From Parasitella parasitica NRRL 2501 (taxonomy: Eukaryota > Fungi > Mucoromycota): a DNA stretch of 64,000 bases. The position numbers were made by a program, and so were the translations under genes. Of this stretch, positions 54,156-64,000 are shown piece by piece. The notes under the pieces are model-generated. The model saw only the letters and a program-made list of their open reading frames with translations, made no database searches and was not told the DNA's origin. The stretch covers positions 1-64,000 of the forward strand of contig MU619256.1 of NCBI GenBank assembly GCA_025201805.1. Direction: 5' to 3'. The first letter of the stretch is position 1; every line of letters starts with the position of its first letter.

Positions 54156-54513
54156 ATCAAGAAAAACTATAATAAACAAACCTTGGCATAAATTAGGCAG
54201 GGACTAGGGGCTGATAGATAATATAATGTGATAAGTTGTAGGTCCTCTCCTTAAGTTCTACATCTTGCATGCCTCGGGGGCAGCCTCAAAAAAAGATATT
54301 CTTACAGGAGAGTCCCAAACAAAAACAAAAAAGCAGAAAAAAAGTGGCAAATCAATCTTGACAACATGCAAAAGATTAAGGAGATAGTTCCGGAGAAGTT
54401 TCCCTACATATTCATTAAATTTTTAATATAAAAAGACAAAGGACTTATCCATCATTTACAACCTTTACCTTTCTTTTCTATAATCCTTCAGAAAAAAAAC
54501 AAAACAAAAAATA

Positions 54514-56238
54514 ATGCTTGGTAGATCTGCTTTCAAACTCTTGAACCGCCGCAATGTCATTGCTTTAGGTGCCATGGCAACTACTGGCGGCGCCTTATTC
54601 TTAAATTCTGATAAGAAAGTACATGCTGAATCAAACAAACTCAAATTCTGGCAGAGTTTGCCTGGTGAAAATACGCCTGAAAACCCAGGTTTCGCTAAAT
54701 TAAGAGGAATGGCCGCTGAGGAAAGATTCAGAACTTCCCTGGCTCAAAACAATGGCAAGACTGATTTTGATGTTGTTATTGGTAAGTGCAAACATTATCG
54801 GATAGGAATGCACACACTAAATGGCTTATAGTGGGTGGTGGTATCATTGGTTTGGCTACTGCCAGAGAGTTGTTGAAGCGTTTCCCAGACATGACAGTCG
54901 CTGTATTGGAAAAGGAACGTGAGGTGGCTGCTCATCAAACAGGCCATAATAGTGGTGTCATCCATGCTGGTATCTATTACAAGCCAGGTTCTCGTATGGC
55001 CAAGACATGTGTGAGAGGTGCAGACTTGATGTATGAATACTGCAAACAAAACCAACTCCCTGTCGAACGTTGTGGTAAATTGATTGTCGCTGTGGATGCC
55101 AAGGAACATAAGCAAGTGGAAAGATTGATGGAGATCGCCACACTAAATGGTGTGAAAGATCTTCAAATTCTCAATAGCGAGGAGGTAAGGTCATCTACCT
55201 AGCAACCCCTTTTCTTTTAATTAACGACGATCATTCAGATTCAAAACTTAGAGCCAAATGTGGTTGCTTATTCTGCCCTGTACTCCCCTAACACCGGTAT
55301 CACCGATTTTGGTCTTGTTGCTCAATGTATTGCGAGCGAGATTGTGCAGACAGGGTAAATATCAGTCTTCATATCAAAACATAGCACATATTTATTTATT
55401 TGTTTTTCCTAGTCGTGCTGAAATTAAACTTGCCTTTGAGGCCAAGAAGTTTGAGTCTAGACAAGATGGAAGAGTTGAGATCTGGGGTGGTGAGCCCAAT
55501 CAAAGAGGCCCTACTCTTAAGGTTACTGCCAAAAATGTAATCACCTGTGCTGGTTTCTATTCTGATAGAGTAGCTGGTCTTGCAGGCGGTGATGCTGGTC
55601 GTGCAAAGGTCGTTACCTTCCGAGGAACCTACTATCAACTGAAACCCGAATATCGTGGTATTTGTCGTATGAATGTCTACCCTGTCCCCAGTGGTGGCGG
55701 AATTCCTGTTGGCGTTCACTTTACCCCCACTGTCAACACCAGAAGAGGTATTCAAATGATTGTGGGCCCCGGTGCTTGTTTGACTTTCTCTCGTGAAGGT
55801 TACACATTCACTGACTTCAAGATGGAAGACATCTTTGGTTCTTTAACCAACATGAACCTCTGGATGTTTGCACTCAAAAATCCTAGTCTCTCTCTTGGTG
55901 AGCTCTACAAAGATATGAATAAGCGTGCTTTCTTGCGTGCTGCTCAAGCTTATGTTCCTGGATTAACTGAAGATATGGTCGAGGAGAGCTTTGCTGGTGT
56001 CATGTCTCAAGTGTTTGAAGAGGGTGGTATTGCTGCTAATGATTATATTCTTGAGCGTAAAGTCATGGATGGTAAAATCCTTTGTGTCCGTAATGCACCT
56101 ACTCCTGCATGTACTGCTTCTTTGGCTATTGCCGAAATGTTGATTGATACAGCAACTGAAGATTTCGAATGGGAACAATCAGAAAAACCCATTGAAGGAT
56201 CTACAAAGACTCAACAACTTACTGCCATTGCTGCTTAG
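54514..56238 (+). CDS. L2HGDH: mitochondrial L-2-hydroxyglutarate dehydrogenase (FAD-dependent)
   Basis: Targeting-like N-terminus; DVVIVGGGIIGLATAREL, HQTGHNSGVIHAGIYY, ITCAGFYSDR, FRGTYY, GVHFTP, VRNAPTPACTASLAIAE. Confidence 0.92.
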
Positions 56239-56655
56239 ATTTCTCTCGCCTTTTAACAATATACTTTGCATTCATTTATTCTTATTCCACAATCATATTA
56301 TTATTATTTTCTTTTTTTATGGCTTGAATTACTACCTGTCCTCTTGTGTATATCTCATAAAGTATTACTACATCTATTTTTTGTTATTTTAATTAATAAA
56401 AGAGGAAAATCAGTATATGCATGAAGGCTGATCTAAAGTATGCACAAGAGAGTACATTGCATTGCATTCCGCTACACAAAATAAGAGATAAAATAGACAA
56501 TCCAGGATACGTAGTACATTCAACGGCGTACATTTATATATATCTTGGAATCAAAATACACTATTTTCGCCTAATATTGTCTGAAAAAAATATGCCGCCT
56601 GTTTAGTCGTCGCATTGATAGAATAAAGCTTGGTGCATTTCAAGTACGAGAGGTC

Positions 56656-57585
56656 TTGCTAGACTTTTTTTTTCTAAAAAAATTGAATGGCCTCATGCAA
56701 GGAAATTTTTATTATGATGAAGGCATGGCAGTTGCAATAGTGGAGCTGGAGGTAGACAAGGATATGTATTTCATTGAGATAGTGACGAATTTCGGCATGT
56801 ACCTTGACCTCGATCCGCCTGAGAAGCTAAACAAAAGAAGTGCACGACAATCCGTGGATAGAGATATCGAGATGGAGGAGGACATAAGAACTTCTGATAT
56901 CCGCAAACACTGCAAGGATTCGGGAAAAGAGCGGCTGTTTGCCTTGATTTACAAAATGAGCATGAGCGCCAGAGCTGCTGGGCAGAAACTCCAAATCAAC
57001 CCACGCACTTGCTCAGCGATGGTATGCAGACAATCAGGCAAATCCTCAGACACATATTGCCAGAAAAAAAGGTAGTGGAAGGCCAATGGGGTAGACCAGC
57101 ATTACTTGATTATGAACACAAGAAGTTTCTACTCAACCAACTTTCACTAGTCCTGGACCAAATGATAGAGAATTTGACAACGTCCTTTATCGATTTAGAA
57201 ACATCCAAGACGGCTCTCTACAATTTTGTCGCTAATAATTGCAGAATTAGTCTAAAGAGAGCTCAATTTTATTTAGTTGACCGTAACAGCCCTGGAAGGA
57301 TCAAAAATAGAAAGGAGAAGGTAGAAAAATGGACTAGAAGCAAACGTTTGTTTGGTCAAAAGTACGGACTCGTGCGACAGTGAAAGTACCAAAAACGAGA
57401 ACAAAACAACAACCATCTTGGGAGCAACGTATGCTCATGGCGTTGCTAACATAAAAGTAAGACGGCCTCGAAGGTTGCCTGCTTCAAAAAAAAGAGAAAA
57501 ACTGTTGGATTTAATGGATCTTCCCAGAAACAAAACAAAGGCACTGTTAACATTTTTAGATGCTCAACACAACTATTATGGATGA
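56656..57585 (+). pseudogene. degenerate Tc1/mariner (IS630-like) transposase
   Basis: Three frameshifted fragments: HTH (SARAAGQKLQINPRT), GRPALLDYEHKKFL..LDQMIENLTTSF..SKTALYNFV..CRISLKRAQF..RNSP, and KTTTILGA..A.GVANIKVR. The DDE region is truncated. Confidence 0.8.
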
Positions 57586-57749
57586 GTATTGGCCGACAAC
57601 CCAAAGATAAATCAATGAAATATCGACGCTCAAAAAAAAAAAAAGCAGAATATATTTCTCGTTTCTTGCTGATAAAACGAAAATGATATTTGTATGTGGT
57701 TTTCACTGATAAATTATGTTTTCATCTATGGAAGTAGTCCACTGTCAAG

Positions 57750-58830
57750 CATCCAGCAGGCAAGTAAAAAGAAATTCTGAACCATAATATAGGAGGGACC
57801 CTCTGGCCAAAGCAACACAATTAAATGGAAAAACACAAAAAGTTTATCTTCATCAATTGAGCTTTTGACCCTGAAGAGCGAGCAAGTAGCCTCTTTCAAA
57901 GAAATTTCTAATGACGATGAACGTGACATTACAAAGTGTATTATTTTGTTCATCTTCTTGAAGACTGATTTTGTATATAGGTTTATATCAATAAAAAAGA
58001 TAATAAATCTCTTATTTACAATTGAATTATATTACTGAAGACCTTTACTTTTCAATTTATTAACACATAAATAGGTATTTTTAACGCCCCTTTTCGAGAT
58101 GAACATTGCTTAATATACCGTATGCTAATAATTTATCAGAGTTAAAGACCACCTAATCAACGAATCCAAACTGTATGAGGATGATGATCTTAGTGAAAAG
58201 GATTTAGATGTCTTGCTCTATGGGAGTTTATTCAGTTTATTTTTCTCAAACCGAAATGATCTTAGGGTTGTTAGGTAATAAGCTTAAATTTACTTTTCGT
58301 GAAGAATTACTATGACACGAAATTTCAAAATTTCAAATTTAATTATTGTGTTTGCTTTATATATGTATCAAAATTTATGATACTTTGCACATCGAGCTCG
58401 GTATGGTCCCTACTGCTATAAAAAATCAAAGACGATCATGCCAAGATTCTTCTTGAATCAGAACCAATCATCAAATATATTACCATTCTTTTCTCATTTA
58501 TTCTACCAAGCTATCTCAAGGCTCATTGTATACAGCTCTGTGGGCTCAGTGGTAATATCATCAGATTGACAATGAACAATAAAGAATCCTTGATTTTAAT
58601 AATCAACAGATCAATGTGATAGTACTTTATGATGAACGAATAGAAAATACACAGCAGATAGACTTGAGCGACGGTTAAGAGTCCCTCTGAATAGTAGATA
58701 TTCTGCTCGTTTCTTTCAACAACTTTTACATTATAATATGAAGTAATTAAAGCTGTAAACAAGATTAAAGATGACATTCGAGAAAATGATGATCGACGCA
58801 GATCTTTGGAAAGAATCTTTGGTTGCAACA
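57750..58830 (+). pseudogene. degraded relic of a multicopy Mucorales restriction-endonuclease-like (Crinkler-effector-type) gene
   Basis: Fragments LSEKDLDVLLYGSLFSLFFSNRNDLRVVR (58190-58275) and KIKDDHAKILLESEPII..AHCIQLCGLSGNII (58423-58560), interrupted by stops and frameshifts. Confidence 0.4.
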
Positions 58831-59448
58831 AAAAAAATTAGAAGTATTATACAAAGATTGGGTACTATAGACAAGAATATCGAGTTTCTCACTTTTATGC
58901 AATTACTTGAATTAGCTTCTCTCGCATTTTGATATTTTCATATTACGAGCCCACATTCACTTTTCTTTATAATACACTTTTTTCACGAGACTTACCACAA
59001 CGAGCGATCCAAAGGTGTTACATTGCTAAAAATGCCTTTTGTCTTCCCCCCAGTAGATCATGCATCTCTCCTAATAAAGAATCTGGTTTGTTACACAGAT
59101 GATAATATAATGTTGAATGTGCCAGATAAGAATACACAATGATGACTGTGCGAACCGTAAGTTGGTTCTGCAGATGTAAACAATAACAACAGTTGTATAA
59201 TTTAAGAATTGAAATACGCCACTAGACTTTAATTTTTTTTTTCATCTCTCTTTCTTTCACTTTACTTTGCTTTACATATATTTGTATGGTCTTGACCACA
59301 CAATACTCATTTTTATTATTTTGAATCACTGGAACATAATATGTATACACAATGAAGTAAGAAATATGCATATAGTAGCTCTGCGAGTTCGAAATCTAAC
59401 GATATTCAATTTGGCAGCTCAAGTAAAAACATCGATTACAGCAGCCAA

Positions 59449-60192
59449 ATGCCAGGACAACCTTATGGGAATATGATTCTGGTACATCAAACAGCTACAA
59501 CGACGGGATCGCCATCTTCGTTAAATGAACAGTTTGTATATCAAAATCAAATACAGCAAAACAATCAGGGAGCAGAAGCAGCAAAAAAATCAAAACCTCC
59601 ATCATCGCTGACTTCAACGATTTGTGCGTATTTCGATAAATTATTGCATAAAAGGAACAATCACCCCAACGATCAATTTGACAACGATTGGGGGAGCGAT
59701 ACATCTAATAATCCACGGCAATCCGCATGGTGGAGCAATTTCAAATCATCAGTAAAGAAAAGAAGAGAGCAGAGAAGAAGAAAACAAAAGTTTGTGTGGT
59801 GTTTTCGGCCTGTTGGCATTGCTGCTGATGCTGCACTTAAAAGAAACAAGGATCCAACACTTTGGACTAAATTTGACAAAAACAATCAGTTGATATTAAA
59901 AGAGCAATTTAAAAAGCTTAGAACTATAACAGGAACTACTGATTGCTGTGAAATTGAAGACAAGAATATCGATGAAGGCAGAGTCGTAGTAACTGTTATG
60001 CTAGACGAAAGCATTGCATTTGCTATGTATCCAGAATGGCCTGAACCAATGCAATACGAAATCCAAATGCTACCAAAAATGACATTTTACCAAAGAATAC
60101 GAGCAAGACATGAGTACAAGCGATGGCTGAAGAAGCAACAGCAACGGCAACAGCAGCAGCAACATCTGTATGATCCAGATAGGCTGATTTAG
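59449..60192 (+). CDS. hypothetical protein, possible WWE-like domain
   Basis: 247-aa ORF; FVWCF..LWTKFDKNNQLILKEQF pattern; poly-Q tail; AATAAA follows. Confidence 0.65.
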   Translation: MPGQPYGNMILVHQTATTTGSPSSLNEQFVYQNQIQQNNQGAEAAKKSKPPSSLTSTICAYFDKLLHKRNNHPNDQFDNDWGSDTSNNPRQSAWWSNFKSSVKKRREQRRRKQKFVWCFRPVGIAADAALKRNKDPTLWTKFDKNNQLILKEQFKKLRTITGTTDCCEIEDKNIDEGRVVVTVMLDESIAFAMYPEWPEPMQYEIQMLPKMTFYQRIRARHEYKRWLKKQQQRQQQQQHLYDPDRLI

Positions 60193-60697
60193 ACTTATAA
60201 TATTACAATAAATAAATTATTTTGACGGCTTTAAGAAAAAAGTGGTATGATTAGAACACTTTTGTGGAGCCTAAAATATGGCTATTATTTTTCGGATGAG
60301 GTTACAGACTTCAACGTAAGTTATTTTGATGGATATAGGTTGACACACCATCCAAACAAAACAATGATATTTAAAGCAGAGGTATTATTGGTGTATCTTG
60401 AGAGAAGGTTATATGTTTATTAATTCACCTATTTCCTTCTTGAGAGTTTATGAACAGAAAATTTTGCGTTTTGGATAAAATACAGCTGCAATCCGCTATT
60501 TTGGTCGATAAAGAACAATAATGAGGCAGTTCCCTGATAACGTAGAACAAAAATTAGTGCTACTCATGCGAGACACTTTTTTTTGGTTTAAAAAGCGCCA
60601 TCGTCTATATAAATGTCATGGAGACTAACATCTATTGTTTCTCGCTCTCCCACTCTCATATTTATCTTGTATTTATTTCAATTGCATTATTAGCAAA

Positions 60698-62360
60698 ATG
60701 AACAAGTAAACATTTTAAAGATTGCTATACGAATCATGCGATAATAACATAGCCCAATTGTAATAGTAATTTGACTAGAATTGCTTCTGAACAATTAAAG
60801 AAGGAGAAGCTTGGTCTGTCACCCTTGGCTCTGGCTGTTACCATTATCTTGGGTTTACTCGTATGGGAGCAGATTGATTACTTGAGAAAGAAGAAGCATT
60901 TACCTGGACCTGCGTTTAAATTTCCTCTTATCGGCTCTATGATGGATTCCATGGCTCCCACATTTGATAAATACAATGCCAAATGGAAGAGTGGAGATTT
61001 ATCCTGTGTCAGCGTATTCAACAGGTAACACGGATTTTTTATTTATCGAACCATAAATTCTTCATTTGAATAATTAATCCTCAATGACATTAAAAATAGG
61101 TTCATTGTGATTGCCTCCAACTGCGAGTTCAGTCGCAAGATTCTCAACTCTCCAGCCTATGTACAGCCTGCTGTTGTGGATTCCATGAGATACATCCTTG
61201 CCAATGATAACTGGGTCTTTATGGACGGCAAGAAGCACAATCAATACCGAAGAGGTCTCAATGTTCTTTTCAAAAGAAAAGCTCTTGGCAGTTATCTCCC
61301 CATTATGGATAAATGCTATCAAAGATTCTTTGATGAATGGCTTTCGCATGACGGAGAGATGCGAAGATACCAATGGGATTTCAGAGAGTTGAATATGCAA
61401 TCTTCACTTCGCGTCTTTATGGGTTGGTTTATGCCTGAAGAAGCTGCAAAAAAGTGCTCTGACGAATATTTCAACATTACTGCTGCTCTTGAGCTCGTAA
61501 ATTTCCCCATTCCCCTTCCTGGCACCAAGGTTTACAAGGCAATCAAATCTCGCGAATACATTTACGATAGGTTCATTGAATCTATTGTCGATGCGCGTGC
61601 TCGTATCGGCAATGGCGGCGAGCCCACATGTCTTTTGGACAACTGGCTGATTGCCATGAAGCAAAACGAGCAAGAATGTGCTCTGAAAGGCAAACCTACT
61701 CCTCATGAATTCACTGATCGGGAGATTGCTCTCACAATTTTAACGTTTTTGTTTGCTTCTCAAGATGCTACTTCATCTGGTCTCACCTGGACTTTTCAGC
61801 TTTTGGCTGACCATCCTGATGTAATGAAGAAAGTCTACGATGAACAAGACCAACTTCGTGCTGATATTCCAGACCAGCCTATTTCGCTTGAGTTGATGGA
61901 GAAATCTGTCTACTTGCGCCAAGTCATTAAGGAGTCTCTTCGCCTTAAGCCTCCAGTCCTGATGGTTCCATACCAAACACATAAAGACTTTCCTATTTCT
62001 GCAGAGTATACAGTCCCTGCAAATTCTATGGTTATACCTACCACCTATCCTGCTCTTCATGATCCTGTTGCATATCCCAGTCCTGAATCTTTTGACCCTG
62101 ATCGTTGGGGACCTGAGGGTTGTGCTGAAAATTTCCCCAAGAACTTTATGGTATTCGGTAATGGGCCACACCACTGTCTTGGCAAAGAATATGCCATCCT
62201 TCATCTAATGTCTACGGTTGCTCAAGCTACTCAAAGACTTGAGTTTAAACATTATCACACCGATGAATCTGACACTATTTCTCTCTTTGCCACCACTTAT
62301 CCACTCGATCAGTGTCATATGAGTTTCCATCCCCGTACCCACAAACCTTTTACTATTTAA
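60698..62360 (+). CDS. ERG5: cytochrome P450 CYP61, sterol C-22 desaturase
   Basis: LLVWEQIDY, LSCVSVFNR|F, NWVFMDGKKH, LELVNFP, FLFASQDATSS, KESLR, heme motif FGNGPHHCLG. Confidence 0.95.
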
Positions 62361-62695
62361 AGCATTATTGTGCATGCATGAATCAAGACATCTCCATCTT
62401 CACCACTACATCTTTAATTAATAAACCTGGCCTTGAAAAAAAAATAAGCTATCTGCTGTAAGCAGCGTAACAGGTGAAGACACTATATTTGACATTTGTA
62501 AGCGATTAACAGTAGAGTTGGCTGTCGCAATCAGTCTTCTCTATTTTGGACGTCTACCAAACAGGTTTCTCAATTGGAAAAAAGCTTTTTCTACGTCACT
62601 TGTAACTGAACTTTTTCAAACGAAAACCAAAAAAGGATCAACGTTGTTCCCTTTATACTCTTTTTATTTGGATATTTTTGTTTGTCAAGTTTGCA

Positions 62696-63532
62696 ATGCC
62701 TCGTCCACTAAGTGATTCATGGCAATATTTTGAGTTATTATCGTCAGAAAACGGAAGAAAAAAAAAGGCAAAATGCTCATTTTGTGGCCATGAACAGGCA
62801 GCGGGTATAACAAGACTGCACCACCATTTGCTGTATCGTTGCTCGATGATTTCGCCAGAGATGCGTGATCAATTAAGACAAAAACAAGACGACCGCAACG
62901 GCATGCTTCTACCGCAACCATTGACACCCGCAAACTGCCACGCTGATTCTACCATGCAAAATATCCTCAATCCGTCTCCAGCTTCTTCTATATTAAATCC
63001 ACACTCAAACTATTTTGATGCTGCCTTGTCACCTACTACATCTTCAGGTTTTTCCGGACCTAATCCTATTGCATTTACACCTAGCATTGATAATTCAAAC
63101 CAACGCAATCAGCAACAGCGACAGGATCATAGTCAAGAACAACAGCAAATTGAGAGGTCTCAGGCAATGTTGGATTGGCACTTGGCTCGTGCCTTGTTTT
63201 CAGCCAATATTTCATACGAAAAAATAGAAAATCCCCATGTTATTGAATTTTTAAAACGCTTGCAACCTAATTACGTTATTCCAAAAGCAAAGCGATTACA
63301 ACAATTCTTGCTTAAAGAACAACATTGGGATCTTATTCCGTGTATTAAATCTGACACCTCACGCCAAATTCCATCACTGGCGACACCTCCATATGCGATG
63401 CAGCAGCAGCCTCGAGCTACTAATGAGCATATGGTACTACCTGCTGACAACTATGCCGTATCACCCAATAGTAAGAGCCATGCAATGGAAGATAGGTTGT
63501 TCTCACAATCCGAACTTGAAGGGAGCTTATAA
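62696..63532 (+). CDS. BED zinc-finger protein derived from the N-terminus of a hAT transposase
   Basis: WQYF..AKCSFC..GITRLHHHL..C (zf-BED) plus LARALFSANISYEKIENPHVIEFLKRLQPNYVIP (hAT N-terminal helical segment). Intact ORF with no RNase H/DDE core. Confidence 0.8.
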   Translation: MPRPLSDSWQYFELLSSENGRKKKAKCSFCGHEQAAGITRLHHHLLYRCSMISPEMRDQLRQKQDDRNGMLLPQPLTPANCHADSTMQNILNPSPASSILNPHSNYFDAALSPTTSSGFSGPNPIAFTPSIDNSNQRNQQQRQDHSQEQQQIERSQAMLDWHLARALFSANISYEKIENPHVIEFLKRLQPNYVIPKAKRLQQFLLKEQHWDLIPCIKSDTSRQIPSLATPPYAMQQQPRATNEHMVLPADNYAVSPNSKSHAMEDRLFSQSELEGSL

Positions 63533-64000
63533 AATCAAACACTGCTACAAACCCATACTATCCGAAACATTCTAGTTTGTAAAAAACAGCCATCTTAGGA
63601 TAGATAAAACTTTTCTCGGGGAGTTTGGGAAAACTCGATTTGACAGATATTCATTCATATTCATAGCTTTGATTTGAAATAAAACATAGTTTCAGCCACT
63701 ATGGCAAGTAATCTTTTAATAAAACATCTCAACAAAATAAGCTCCTTCTGCATCAAAAGGTGATTTTCTGTTAATATGATTGGTAACGACACGTTTCATG
63801 CAATTGACCGGTTCATTGTTGTTTTAGGCGTTACATTGCGGAGTGTATTATAACTCTCTCAAATAGAATGTTGTTACAGCAGCTATGAAACATGGTAGAC
63901 TTGTGTACTCCAAAATAAATCCAAGGTACTTCTATACGCACCATCCCAAACAATATTTAGTGAAAACAAAATTTAATAAATCAACTAAAAGCAATGAAAA

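Overview
Eukaryotic, AT-rich genomic DNA with dense genes and many short GT-AG introns. Gene content, intron style and transposon relics point to a Mucorales fungus (inference). About 22 protein-coding genes are supported: CASP/COY1, VPS13, an AFG2/SPATA5-type AAA ATPase, an O-fucosyltransferase-family protein, a Zds1-like PP2A regulator, an LRR protein, a velvet-domain factor, a Rho GTPase (absent from the ORF track), SCY1-like pseudokinase, an Esc2/Rad60-like SUMO-like-domain protein, a secreted PEBP with acidic repeats, ERF4/golgin-A7, GH18 chitinase, ubiquitin-RPL40, VPS41, PBDC1, L2HGDH, ERG5/CYP61, a hAT-derived BED-finger protein and several hypotheticals. The most interesting accessory feature is a ~1.17 kb TA-flanked element (34141-35310) with degenerate inverted ends. 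It carries an internally deleted, catalytically dead Fanzor/TnpB-like (RNA-guided RuvC nuclease) relic followed by a hairpin-rich candidate omegaRNA region. Other accessory features are a dispersed/tandem ~280 bp repeat family, a possible solo LTR, a Tc1/mariner pseudogene, a degraded restriction-endonuclease-like relic and a candidate H/ACA snoRNA downstream of RPL40. Three N gaps sit next to homopolymer runs. All family assignments come from motif recognition, not database searches. CDS coordinates span introns.
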